Part shown: in pieces, positions 26,685-38,160 of the stretch
Layout: each line of letters opens with the position of its first letter
Position numbering within the stretch: the first letter of the stretch is position 1
NCBI GenBank assembly: GCA_000934665.2
Contig: KZ538081.1
Coordinates: 1 to 64,000, forward strand
Length of the DNA: 64,000 nt
Source: Catajapyx aquilonaris
Taxonomy: Eukaryota
Direction: 5' to 3'
Made by a program: the position numbers and the translations under genes
Notes under the pieces: generated by a model
What the model saw: the letters and a program-made list of their open reading frames with translations, nothing else
Database searches by the model: none
What the model was told of the DNA's origin: nothing

Positions 26685-27480
26685 AATAAGCTATTAATAA
26701 TAACTAGCTACAATAAGCTATTAAAAATAACTAGCTACAATAAGCTGTTAAAAACAACTAGCTACAATAAGCTATTAAAATAACTAGCTACAATAAGTTG
26801 TTTCAAACGACTATTCGAAATAACTAGCTACCATAAACTGCTTAAATAACTAATTATGATAAGTTATTTCAAATAACTGCTAAAATACCTAGCTATGATA
26901 AACCATTAAAATAACTAGTTACAATAAGTTGTTTCAAATAACTTAAAATACCTAGTTACAATAAGTTGTTTCAAATAACTTAAAATACCTAGTTACATTA
27001 AACTGTTGAAATACCTAGTTACAATAAACTGTTAAAATAACTACTACAATAAACTGTTAAAATAACTACTACAATAAACTGTTAGAATTACTAGCTAATA
27101 TAACATGTTAAAATAACTAGCTATAACCTGTTAAAATAACTACTTACAATAAACTGTTGAAATAACTACTTACAATAAACTGTTGAAATCTCTATCTACA
27201 GTAAACTTAACATAACTGGTAATAGGCTGATAAAATAACTGTTTCCAATAAGCTGTTGAAATAACTGGTTGCCATAAACTGATAAGATAACTGGTTAAAA
27301 TAAGAAGTTAAAAAACTAGTTACAATAATAGGTTAAAATAACTAGCTAATATAACATGTTAAAATAACTAGCTGATATAACCTGTTAAAATAACTAGCTG
27401 ATATAACCTGTTAAAATAACTAGCTGATATAACCTGTTAAAATAACTAGCTAATATAACATGTTAAAATAACTAGTTGCA
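26685..27480. repeat. Degenerate AT-rich ~28-30-bp tandem repeat
   Basis: ctgttaaaataactagct...acaataa units. Confidence 0.85.
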
Positions 27481-27644
27481 ATAATAGTAATTAGGGGCTG
27501 TGCAGTGTTGGAGGTTTATGTTGCACTGTATACATAGTAAACCAATATTAAATTGTGTCAGGGCCGAATATTTCTATCAATTTTCTGGGTCGTAAAAACT
27601 GTTTTGTAATTATCTTGTTAAATTTATGATCTGTTTCATTTTAG

Positions 27645-27716
27645 GTGGTGATAGAACTGGCGACTGCGGCGCTGGACGAGGAGCCGGAGTGGTACTACCT
27701 GATACCTCGCGACGAA
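27645..27716 (+). CDS. Rim: Rim C2A end (VVIELATAALDEEPEWYYLIPRDE)
   Basis: ttttag|GTG and GAA|gttagt, phase 0-0. Confidence 0.92.
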
Positions 27717-27991
27717 GTTAGTAGAATAATGGCCAATAATAATAATAATAATAATATAATCTCTGTACATGTACGGGTATTTCTTACTAGTATACTACAT
27801 CATGTCATCACTATCTTGTTGACCCTATTCAGTAGTGTCTTTATTCAATATTTTTTGACAATCCGGATGACAGTATGAAACACTCTGTACTTTGACCTCT
27901 GAAACATGGTGTCCTTGTACCCCCCTTGACACAACACCCCCTTCCCTCTGATCCTTTTCGTCCCCTCCCATCTCCCTACAAATTCCTCCAG

Positions 27992-28194
27992 AAGAAAGGT
28001 TTGTATCTGGACACTGACGTGGCGTCAACGGTGACGTCCACGGAGCACCTGTCCCCTCCGAGCACCACGTCTCGACTGTCCGACTCGGACACGTCCGAGT
28101 TCGACGTGGACGACGGGGTGGGTCTCCTTCGGGACAGAGAGCACCGTACCATCACGGACGGCGCCTCCGTCTCCAGCATCGGCAGCTCTTCCAG
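27992..28194 (+). CDS. Rim: Rim exon (KKGLYLDTD...HLSPPSTTSRLSDSDTSEFDVDD...DGASVSSIGSSS)
   Basis: ctccag|AAG (a NAGNAG tandem acceptor is possible) and CCAG|gtccgc, phase 0-2. RLSDSD motif. Confidence 0.88.
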
Positions 28195-28601
28195 GTCCGC
28201 TTGGTCCTACAAACCAGGGCACGTACCCTGTCCTCTCTCTCTCTCTATCTCTATCTCTATCCTCTCTCTCTATCTTTGCCTTTCGCTTATTCTATTTCTA
28301 ACTACTCTGTACTCTCTCTCTATAGACACCAGTTGTATTGCACAAATTATGGGGAGGAAATCGACGATTTTTGTCGGATCTTTTTCCTTAATTTGCTGTG
28401 TACAACTGGGAGGTTGTGTCAACTCAAATTCAGGCAATTTCTCTTATTATACACCTGTGCAGGGTGGTTCGTAATTGTACGACAGGGGAACTTATGAAAC
28501 ACCCTATACAAAAATCGGAGATTTCCCCTCAATTTGAGCTGATAAAACCGGGCCTTACTCTGCGCTACCGCCTGCTTCTCTATTATTTGCCTTTTGACTG
28601 A

Positions 28602-28602
<1 letters not shown>

Positions 28603-28677
<75 letters not shown>

Positions 28678-28678
28678 G
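28603..28678. repeat. (ATT)n microsatellite
   Basis: Pure trinucleotide run. Confidence 0.97.
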
Positions 28679-29490
28679 TTATCATCGCCCAGAATTGACA
28701 CACGTCTCTATAAAGGAATTTGTTAGTACGTGGCTTGAATTCCGTTTCATGTTTATGCCGAAATTAGAAATACTTATTATTGCAATTTAATTTCAGAGTT
28801 CATACCGGAACTATATACAGTCATGAAGGATAGGAGTCAGCCTGCGTGTTATACCACCCTAAACTGCACTTGCTTGATAGTTTCGTTTGCAGGATATTTT
28901 TTTCCCCCTGCTACATAATTATTAACGTTTGTGCGGGATAAGTAAAGCATAATTCGTCAAAAGTAACTATTAGAGCTAATATCATAGTAATTGCGCTTGC
29001 AGTATAAGCCTACATGTACAGAATTTGTTTTCAATTATGAACGGAAGCCCATGCTAAAATGTTAACTAGTGCACAATTATTTTATCAAATACTCTTCATG
29101 TCAATGTATACCTACACAACAATATCTTTTACTATAATATTCTTATACCCTCTTATTCCTCCCAATCATCATCACAAACTTTATTTTTGAAGGGTGGGCA
29201 CTTGTGTTATTTTAATGAAGGAGTCTGTTATTACCTCTGCAAAGCCCAGCTGATATAACTCTATTGCTATAGAATGCAAGTAATGTTATAGTAATTGCAA
29301 GAGCTTCAGCTGCATGTAATTTTTGGCAGAAATAATTTGTTTGGGCTTGAGCTTGAAATAAATAATTGGAAAAGAAATGACAATTTTTTTTTCTTGGTTT
29401 GCAATTTTTTGAGACTTTTTGCACCATTGTCCGAAGTAAGTTTTATATGTCTTGATTTGTGCTAAGTGATATGGACGTCCCTTTTTGCAG

Positions 29491-29608
29491 CCCCCTCCCT
29501 GACGCAGATGTGTCTGAACGACGTTCTCGTCGAGACATGTCACCTCAGGGGCGACGTCATCCCGGATCTTCCTACATTCGAGATGACGTGTACCAACGAT
29601 CCAGGAAG
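29491..29608 (+). CDS. Rim: Rim exon (SPLPDADVSERRSRRDMSPQGRRH...QRSRK)
   Basis: tttgcag|C and AAG|gtacgt, phase 2-0. Confidence 0.88.
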
Positions 29609-30513
29609 GTACGTCAAGTGTCATCATCTCCGTACACTTGAAGTCGTCCGTTTATAAATTAATATTAAGCGGGACATGTCTGACCTTATATAGTTTATTA
29701 TTATCGCACATGGTTGAACCAATAAGAAAAGAAGTAGTGTGTTTCTGGTGGCCTCTTTTCGCTGAACTGCTATAGGCCTACACTGTCGATGGATTTATTT
29801 ACGAGCAGAACTGAGTGCGCACCCACTGACGCGCAGCTCCGTTGTTCTGACAACATTGCCAGAGTAGCTCCCTAGGTGCCACACAGCATTAGCCTCACAG
29901 GTTCGTTTCAGAGCCTTGGCAACGTCGCGAACGTCGGCCTTTTTGTTCCCCCCCCTTCCCATGACGTAGCGTTGGAAATAAGTGCAGTGCAGTGCACCCA
30001 CTATACACAGATTGATAATGCCAACGCTGCAAGCTGCGCGAACTGTGGTGCGCACTCGGTTTCGCTCGTTTAAAAAAATCAACTAATAATTATATGTGCT
30101 ACTGCCTGTTTGTTTGTTTGTACGGGGTGAGTCATCGTCTCAACTCAGTCATAGTTTCACTACTCGCACGACCCTGAGAGTGGCAGGACGGATGCGATGG
30201 GTAGTGGTATTACGTGACGATGTAGTAGCTGAGTTGTCCCCAGACAAACAAACAAACATACTGGTTATTATATACTTGTAGTTTCTCAAAGTTTTGTCAA
30301 AGGATTCACTAGTAATTAATTGCTGAGACGAAATTGTTTGTTTGTTTGTTTGATGTGGTGCTACATGGACGTGTTGGTGGTGCCAGATTGCTGAGTTGTC
30401 CCTGGACAAACAAACAAACAAACAGATTATCAGTTTCGCCACTTTTTGGCAACTGGTTCACTATTAATTATTAATTGAGACTAAACTGTGTTTTGAGTCA
30501 CCGAAATCACACA

Positions 30514-30580
30514 TTTGTTTGTTTGTTTGTTTGTTTGTTTGTTTGTTTGTTTGTTTGTTTGTTTGTTTGTTTGTTTGTTT
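30514..30580. repeat. (TTTG)n microsatellite upstream of the Rim acceptor at 30607
   Basis: Pure tetranucleotide run. Confidence 0.97.
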
Positions 30581-30607
30581 TTGAGAAAACCTTTTATGAT
30601 GATTCAG

Positions 30608-30762
30608 GAGCCAGCTGGGGCGATGGAGGGTGTGAACATTCGCCAGCGTTCCCAGTCGGCAGCACCTACGGATTCACCGAGCCTTCATTTTCGAAGCCGC
30701 TCGAAAAGTCCTCGCAGAGTATCCGACGGTGGTCATCGTTCTTTATCACCTCCTGATGGCAG
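30608..30762 (+). CDS. Rim: Rim exon (EPAG...RQRSQSAAPTDSPSLHFRSRSKSPRR...RSLSPPDG) ending at a GC donor
   Basis: gattcag|GAG and GCAG|gcaagt (non-canonical GC donor), phase 0-2. An in-frame join to 30849 requires this donor. Confidence 0.85.
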
Positions 30763-30848
30763 GCAAGTTCTAGAGACTTTCTTAATTAATTTTTAAATAA
30801 TTACTAGTCTGATTTCCAAATAAATCACAACGTTCTGGGGTTTTCCAG

Positions 30849-30978
30849 GAGTCCCGTAGGTTACGGTCAACACGGTTACCATTCATCGTCCCAGGCGTCC
30901 TCTGCGGCGAGTTTTACAAAAAAGCGCCAACTGCCACAGATCCCTCCTCCTCTCCAGATGGCATCCAGCAGGGATAAG
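30849..30978 (+). CDS. Rim: Rim exon with the RIM-BP-binding proline motif (…FTKKRQLPQIPPPLQMASSRDK)
   Basis: ttttccag|G and AAG|gtaatt, phase 2-0. RQLPQxP is the SH3-binding motif of RIMs. Confidence 0.9.
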
Positions 30979-31045
30979 GTAATTAGTGACCTACTAACCT
31001 CACATAATTATATATGTCACACGACACTAATGATGACATTTGCAG

Positions 31046-31124
31046 GACGTGGACAAGAGGTCTCGTCAGATGAGAATGAGGATGCAGCAAGGATCTGCCA
31101 CCTACAGGAGTATGGGTTCTGCGG
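31046..31124 (+). CDS. Rim: Rim exon (DVDKRSRQMRMRMQQGSATYRSMGSA)
   Basis: tttgcag|GAC and GCGG|gtacgt, phase 0-1. Confidence 0.82.
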
Positions 31125-31277
31125 GTACGTCTTTTTCTGTCTGTCTGTCTGTCTGTCTGTCTGTAGACAGGTATCAGGGCCTAAACCGCAAGAGATAGCA
31201 ACAAACGGTTTTCGGATTCGGATTCAGGGTTGCCAAAAATAGGTTCCATGGTCAACTTCCGGCTTCTTTTCGATAAG

Positions 31278-31617
31278 GACTGGACTACCTGGAGGGAGAA
31301 TCGGAAGTGTCTTCCCGGCGTCGGCAGGAGCGGCAGGAGCGGCAGGAGCGGCAGGAGCGGCAGGAGCAGCTCAAGCAGGCGCCGCAGCCGCCTCCGTCGT
31401 CGTCGTCGTCGTCGTCGCAAGTAGGCCGCAGCGAGAGGGGAAGAAGCGTCGGAGGAGGAGGGTTGGGGGTTCAGGAGCTGTCTGGGAGGATCCGAGGGAT
31501 GGCCTCTCCCGAGAGGGAAGGGCTGGACTTTGGAGACAGCGACATCGAGAGTGTGGTCAGTGTCACCAGTGCCTTGTCCACGCAGTCAGAGAGGCCCAGG
31601 GGCTCGCAGAGGCTCAG
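31278..31617 (+). CDS. Rim: Rim exon (GLDYLEG...(RQE)n...FGDSDIESVVSVTSALSTQSERPRGSQRL)
   Basis: Acceptor ttcgataag|GA is weak (AAG) but is forced by the in-frame TAA at 31274. Donor CTCAG|gtaaat, phase 1-2. Conserved DSDxESVVSVTS...STQSERPRG motif. Confidence 0.85.
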
Positions 31618-31629
31618 GTAAATCGCATT

Positions 31630-31635
31630 TTTATT
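31630..31635 (-). terminator. Poly(A) signal AATAAA of the nested lipocalin
   Basis: tttatt on the + strand, 47 nt after the lipocalin stop codon. Confidence 0.65.
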
Positions 31636-31681
31636 AATATATCCATGCTTATGGTTGGAAAATAATGTATAATGAACAGTG

Positions 31682-31914
31682 TTAGAACCTTTCCTCGCAA
31701 TGGACTGGGCTGAGTTTGTAGAATGTGGACACGTCCACACCGTTGTCGGACAGCATTTTGATGAGCCTGTCCATGAGGGCGTCGTCTAGTGTGACCCCCG
31801 CGCGACCCATGATGACCCCGTGATGGGCCACTGTACCGTCATCCAGCTCAGTGCAGGCGTAATTCAGGCTGTACGTCGTGTAGTCTGTCTCAAGCACGTG
31901 ATTGTCATACTCGA
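31682..31914 (-). CDS. Nested lipocalin exon 3 (IEYDNHVLETDYTTYSLNYAC...IMGR...HCEERF-stop); ApoD/bilin-binding-like, 180 aa in total
   Basis: ttacag|TC acceptor, phase 1. TDY (SCR2), IMGR (SCR3) and the four-Cys pattern of ApoD-type lipocalins. Confidence 0.9.
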
Positions 31915-31978
31915 CTGTAATTAAAAACAAAAGTTACATCTATAGGTCTAATGACTTGAGTCAGAGTAGGTCACGTAC

Positions 31979-32198
31979 TTCCGATCCAAGTGGCCTTCCA
32001 GTGAGAAGGTCTCTCAAGGTCCATGATGTGACCCTGTCCTTCGAAGTCGTGTTCAAATCCGGTGTCCAGAACCGCAGTACTGTTGGCGAAAAGGTTCATG
32101 TCGTCCACACGCTTGAAGTAAATGTCCAGGCATTTCAGGACAGGCTCAGTCTCAGGGTTGTTTCGCATCACTTGGTGGACAAACCAGAGACCTCCGAA
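31979..32198 (-). CDS. Nested lipocalin exon 2 (FGGLWFVHQVMRNNPE...KC...WKATWIG)
   Basis: ttgtcag|TTC and GGAA|gtacgt, phase 0-1. Joined FDWDKFGGLWF is lipocalin SCR1 (GxW). Confidence 0.9.
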
Positions 32199-32234
32199 CT
32201 GACAAGGAAAAGGAATAGTGTTAGAACAGCGTAA

Positions 32235-32950
32235 ATAAATTTAATTAAAAATTATTACAAAATAATAAATAAAATGTACGTATAACGGATGTACGTACGG
32301 ATAAAATCAATAAAATACATGAGCGAAATGAATATAATGAATGAATAAATAAAACTGATAACAATGCAATACAGTAAAATAAATACATAATAAATAAAGT
32401 ATATAAATAAAGTATAGAAAACACTCTAGGAATAACTATAATAAAAATAAATAAAAATCACGAGCGAAATTAATACAATGATTGAATAAATAAAATTGAT
32501 ACAGTGCTATACAGTAAAATAAATACATAATAGATAAAGTTAATAAATAAAATACAGAAAACACCTAGGAATAGGCTAAATATAATAAAATAACTAAAAT
32601 AAATAAGTAAAATGTAGAAAATATTATGACTAAATATTTAAAATACCATGCATAAAATAACGTACGTATGTGCTGTACAATAAATAAAATATAGAAAATA
32701 CTATGAATAAATAATTATACTAATACAACGCATAAAATAACTTATATAATTCAATAAATAGATAAAATAACTTATATAATACAATAAATAGATAAAATAA
32801 CTTATATAATACAATAAATAGATAAAATAACTTATATAATACAATAAATAGATAAAATAACATATAATACAATAAATAGATAAAATTAATACAATAAATA
32901 GATACAATGCAGTAAAATAAATACAGTAAAATAAGATTAAATGAAATCAA
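32235..32950. repeat. AT-rich low-complexity sequence and 30-bp tandem repeats in lipocalin intron 1
   Basis: aataaatagataaaataacttatataatac units. Confidence 0.85.
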
Positions 32951-33095
32951 ATAAGGAAGCTGAACTGGTTCCAGAACCGGTCCGCTATATGCATAATTTC
33001 CACTGTCGCCAACGCAGATTGCTCACAACCAAATAGTGGACCGGTTCCGGAACTGATCCGGTTTTATCTACCGTACGCCCGTGTGCATGACCCAC

Positions 33096-33185
33096 CTTGT
33101 CCCAATCGAATGGAAGTTGAGGCTTCAGCTCAGGGCATGCTCCACAGGCAGCGGCCAGGACCAGCAGAATCAGAGCAACTTTCAT
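33096..33185 (-). CDS. Nested lipocalin exon 1: signal peptide + GACP...FDWDK
   Basis: ATG at 33185, hydrophobic leader MKVALILLVLAAACG, donor AAG|gtgggt, phase 0. Confidence 0.9.
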
Positions 33186-34286
33186 CCTTCACTTGCTTCT
33201 CGGCTAATCCTGAGCTGATGCTGCGCCCCCGCTGTTTTTAAAGATTTCCAGCTTCTATAAGAAGAAAAAATATTTGCAATGTTTTTGCATATGGGAAATT
33301 GTTTGCGTGACTTGCGTGCCATAAGGGTCACCCCTTATTGGTCTGTTCTCATATGTGGCGGTCATACGGGGGCGGGGGGTGGGAATTCCAGTTTATAAGA
33401 GTAATTTTTTTTAAGCGAATCATCCTGGGAGCGTTCTTCAAAGTTTAAGCAGAAAAAAAGAGAGGCTGATTTAAAATACTGGTATATGCGTCAAGATCGT
33501 GCCACATTCTGAGGTCGCAGTTGCTGAATTGATGGTCACAAAAAATAGAGTTTTCTAGAGGCGTTTATAGCCAAGTGAAGCAGGACTGGTACAGAGTACA
33601 GAGAGGTACAGAGGTACAGAGAGGTAGTTTGTTTAGTTGAATTGTTCACTGTAAGGTGGAAATTCCAACAGTCCCATCTTAGCTGCAAGATGACTGCAAT
33701 TCGCCAACATTTTTAATTTAAAAAAAAAATCATTCCTATGGTGATAAAAGTTTTACACATGGCGCAATCCTACTTTTAATTATGCAATGCAACAAAAATG
33801 TCGTACCACATTATTATGCAACGCGATTCCATTTAGAGATTTAAATTACTCACCACTATTGCAGTGTGCATATTGATAATTTATTTTCAGTCCTTAATAT
33901 CAGGAAGTGAATTTTTAACCGACCAATTTCCTCCATAACTCAATTTGGCAGGAATATTGCTGAATTTTTGTTCTACAAATATTATAAGCCATTTTTTAAC
34001 CGCCATATATATTTTTTTTCTGTTGGACACTAGTGCCTCTTGAGCACAATATTGCGATTAGTTTATTACACGAGATGTTTCATACATCAGTTTTTCAGTG
34101 ACGACAAGCAATCATCATCATGAACGATGTGTACTTTTCCGCACAGTCGTAGCCTATAATATTTTATTGCAACATTGTTATGGGGGTCATACATAATTTA
34201 CTAAAGAGCTTTAGAAAACTCACTAAATGCTTACAGAATTTTGAGGGTTAAGAGTGGGTAGTTACCCCGGTAGTTCCAGTTCATTC

Positions 34287-34450
34287 TGCGCATGCGTGAG
34301 TCGAAGGGGGGCGGAGTCTACTTCCTTATTTACAGTCTGCGCATGCGCGGGTCTTACGATAGGGGGGGGGGGCGGAGTCTGGTTTCACGTTTTCGTTCAC
34401 GTTTTCGTTCACGTTTTTGACGTAGCCTACGACTGTGCTTGACAACCAAT
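34287..34450 (+). promoter_or_regulatory. Cluster of promoter-like motifs: 2x TGCGCATGCG (NRF1/Ewg-like), 2x GGGGCGGAGT (GC box), CCAAT
   Basis: Motifs at ~34287, 34308, 34338, 34369 and 34446 in an otherwise AT-rich intron. Function is not demonstrated. Confidence 0.4.
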
Positions 34451-34490
34451 GAGTGGTAATGAGACCCTGGACTTTCTCTCTCGCAACCAG

Positions 34491-34663
34491 GTCGTTTCAA
34501 ACTGCATTAAGCCAAGATCGCTACCATGCTAGATCGGTGGACGCCGAAGTAATCCCCGGCAGCAATAGTGATGTTGTAGTGGGGTCAGGCCGAGGGAGTA
34601 AGGCCAAGGGTCACCTCCCCAATACTACTACTACTTCTGCTTCCACCACCAGAGAAGTGCTAG
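34491..34663 (+). CDS. Rim: Rim alternative exon B1 (RSFQTALSQDRYHARSVDAEVIPG...TREVL)
   Basis: ctcgcaaccag|G and CTAG|gtgaga, phase 2-1. Also reads in frame straight through into B2. Confidence 0.55.
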
Positions 34664-34700
34664 GTGAGATATCCCCCATGCTTGTTGTTGCCCCCTACAG

Positions 34701-34813
34701 TGAGTTCAGCCAACGCATGACGTCGTTCGGTGGTGCCCCGAGTAATCTGGGACGGAGGGGCACCCTGGGCAGGAGTCATTCCACCGGGGATAGTGCGGCC
34801 GATGACAAGGCAG
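34701..34813 (+). CDS. Rim: Rim alternative exon B2 (SEFSQRMTSFGG...LGRSHSTGDSAADDKA)
   Basis: cctacag|T and GCAG|gtgagt, phase 2-1. Confidence 0.82.
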
Positions 34814-35394
34814 GTGAGTACCCTCAGCATCAGGGGGTCATGGCACCCCCCCAGACGACGAACAGGACAAACAGGGGTCAAAAACTAGTAAACCAAATGG
34901 AAATAGCTGCTTTAGCAGTGGGCGATTTTTCGATCTAAGCAGTTCTGCTAGTAATATGGAGAAAAAAAAAATTGTTGCCAATTTCTACAGACAGATGCAA
35001 CGTAACGAAATAGCATGTCCAAATTAAACACTGTATTGAGACTGTACTGCAGACCAGTACTTTTTATAGATTCATTTATTAGTGAGGGTTCGGCTGAGGC
35101 AATGTCCACAGTTGGTGACATGTAGGGGGGAAATACCGGTTATGTGCATTGCCTTCAGCTCAACCCTTTTTATTTTTATAATGGGAAAGAGAGCAGAAAA
35201 CAAATGTAAGTTCTATAATTACTCTTATAGTTTTGGAGACAACACCATTTGCTTGTTATAGCAGCAATTTTGGGCCTGTCGTATATAGAAAAAAAAATCT
35301 GCACGTTTGATCCTGTGGTAAACATTAAACATTCTTCTCCAAATGTGATCCATTTTGTATGTCAAACTTATTGTTTATTTTTGTGACTGTTCAG

Positions 35395-35535
35395 ATGGCA
35401 GCCTGAGTGACACGGCGGTGAGCAACATGGAAGGGTTGGATAGAGGCAGGAGAAAATCCCCGAGCAATCCCAAGACCGGAAACTTCATGGGGTTGAACAA
35501 GAAAAGCTCTTCCACCTCGCAGCTCTCCGCCACAG
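35395..35535 (+). CDS. Rim: Rim exon (DGSLSDTAVS...GLNKKSSSTSQLSAT)
   Basis: gttcag|AT and ACAG|gtaacg, phase 1-1. Conserved DGSLSDTA and SxSTSQLS motifs. Confidence 0.93.
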
Positions 35536-36476
35536 GTAACGGAACAAAGCACTTGGGTTAAAGTATTTTTAAAAAATATGCAGGTCGATGATGAAAATAA
35601 TAATAACCAAGGTGGAAGCTGCGTGACGAGCAATAATTCAGCAAGTTGTGAGCAAAAATCGGGGAAACATTGGCCTGAAAAATGTTTAAAAAAATAATAT
35701 AGAGAATAAAATCAGCCACAGTCGTGTTAATTAACTTAATTAATTAAAAATACCAAATAATAAAGCTGCGATGGAAAAATTGATTGTAGCATATTTAACT
35801 GACTTGTTAGAGAGGGTGTAATCCCCCCCTCTCTCTTGTTACCATTGTATAATACAAAGCCTGTCACACAGCTGCCTAATTGCATTATAGGAGATAACAA
35901 TCTAGAAGAGTGCCAGCAGTTTAACTAATGCATTTTACCTCCATAGTGTATAAGCTTTATTTTTTAACACAGTTTGATCAAATGAAAGTCATAAGAGTCA
36001 ACTTTTAATATGAAACTACGAGGACAATATGAGTCCTTCTCCAAAAAAATACATTAAAATTACTTCACTTTTATCGTTTTCTTTTGATCAAACAGCTTAT
36101 TGCTTCTGCCAATCGGTGTGAAATGTAACATGGTTATTATTAATAATCCGTATTACGAATTGTTGCAATCCTCAAACGATGCCTCAGGGAATAATGCAAA
36201 AAAAAAAAAAACTGCGCGTAGTTTTCTAAACATCGGTTAATACAGATTTAAAAAAATGGGTGAACACAGCCACTTCTTTTTTTAACTAAACTTTAGAAGC
36301 TTCTTAATGGGGTGAAAAAAAAGAAGTGTCTGTGTGAACCAGCTATTTAACAGGTGTGACAGTCGTCGTTATGCCCCCAATCTGGAGAGAGAAAACAAAA
36401 ACGAAAGGTCTTTTTTAAAATTCCAACCTGGTTATGTTCAAATGTGTCTGTTGTCGTTGTGTGGGTGGCGGCTCAG

Positions 36477-36642
36477 GTCGCAAGCGCAGGCTGGGTCTGA
36501 TTGGTCGAAAGGGTCCAGCTCCCATCACCGTCCATCGAAGCGAAGAAGTGGTACCGCACCAGGTCCGACACATGCTGGAGAGGCAAGGATCCAGCCTGTC
36601 CGACGAGGCCGAGGAGGCCGAATTGGCAGTCGACGGTGACAG
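36477..36642 (+). CDS. Rim: Rim alternative exon C1 (GRKRRLGLIGRK...TVHRSEEVVP...RQGSSLS...DGD)
   Basis: gctcag|GT and GACAG|gttcga, phase 1-2. Confidence 0.85.
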
Positions 36643-38160
36643 GTTCGACCCTCAAAACACAAACCAAAAAAAATAATAATAATAATTTTTAAAACCGAAC
36701 TTGTCATTATGTACATAGCTACTTAGAGTACTTGTCCCTCGTGCTGTACATAACCGCTGGCGAGCAGTGTGTGGATGATGGGTTGAAAGTTGGCTACAGC
36801 AGTGTTTATATTATGACCTGTCCCCCTTTTTTAGTCACACCTAGATATAATTTTTTGGGCTACTTTGTACATGCGACTCTGGGTATTACGACGTGACCAC
36901 AGCTGCAGGAGGTACCGATTCCAATTACTGTATTGAGCGTAGTTGTCGCGTATATTTGTAGCTTTTGGTTCAGTTATTTTTTCTAATTATCCAGGTAGCA
37001 AAAGAACTGCGGTGGAATTTGGTATATGAAATATTAATTAATACATAACCATGTATGTGCATAAGCATGTGCTATTTTACAATGTAACAATGCATCACCC
37101 TGTACATTGTAAAATATACATGATGGTGCTCTTTGACTTAGGCTCTTTGCAAATTAATGTATCGAAAGCCTTATTTCCTCGATAGCATAAAATTTTTAGG
37201 TATCGACATATTGATATAAAAAGCTCTGAAATTGTGCAAAAGATTTATGACATAAAATCAATAATATCATAATAATAATATCGAAAGCCATGATCGAAAT
37301 AGTTGCCAAAAATAACTCTGAAAGTGTACCAAAAATTAATGGCATAATAATTGGTGATAATATTATTATGAGCACGTGGCTGTCAGTGCCAAATGTTTGC
37401 AATAAATTTTAATCTGAGTAAGTAATAGCTGCGAACGTATTTGTCATGATGTAAGGGAAAATATGGAAATTAATGCATTCAGCTATCATTGAAAATTACT
37501 CTAAGATTGTTAATTAATTTTGCCAATTTATGACTTACTTGCAAATAATAAATGTGGAAAAAGTGTTGTAATTTGCACAAAATATCACAAAATTTTTAAT
37601 TATTGCAACTTTCATATGAATCCATCAGCAGACTTTGTAGATTATTATGATCAAAATCACCAACTGCTCATTGCTGCGTCACGTGCATGGTTTTCGCTCA
37701 ATTATTCCACCATGGAACATACTTCGTCACTTGTGCTACCTGGGTAACTGCCCCTTCATGTATAGGTGGAGGCGTGCATTCATTTATTTAATTTTGTCAC
37801 CCATTTTTGGTAGGTGATCCTAGTTGCATTGTTCCAGGAGAGGTGTCTAAAAAAAAAAGAGGCCACCACAAAAAGGGTGTGTTATAGACACAACAATAGG
37901 TGTGTGTATGTGTGACATACCGAGCTTTTATGGTGATGCTTTTGGAAAAAAAATGTTCCTCCGGACAATAACACCCGGAGGAATGTTTTTTATTGTAGTT
38001 GGCTGGCCAGAAACAGAAAAGTAGCCTTAGTTAGCGTTTGGTCTCTTTTTCTTTTCTTTTTTCTTCTTTTGGTACATCTTCCCACCACCACCATCACCAC
38101 CACCACCCTTCACACCACAACCTTCCAAAAAAACAAAAAACCAACCGACCGAAACATCAG

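Noticed and set aside
31195..31242. Small exon encoding DSNKRFSDSDSGLPKI
   Set aside because: Needs a GAG acceptor and a following 35-nt intron, which is implausible.
37999..38029. Possible Rim microexon (SWLAR...) after tattgtag
   Set aside because: No donor in a phase that joins 38161 or 41784 in frame.
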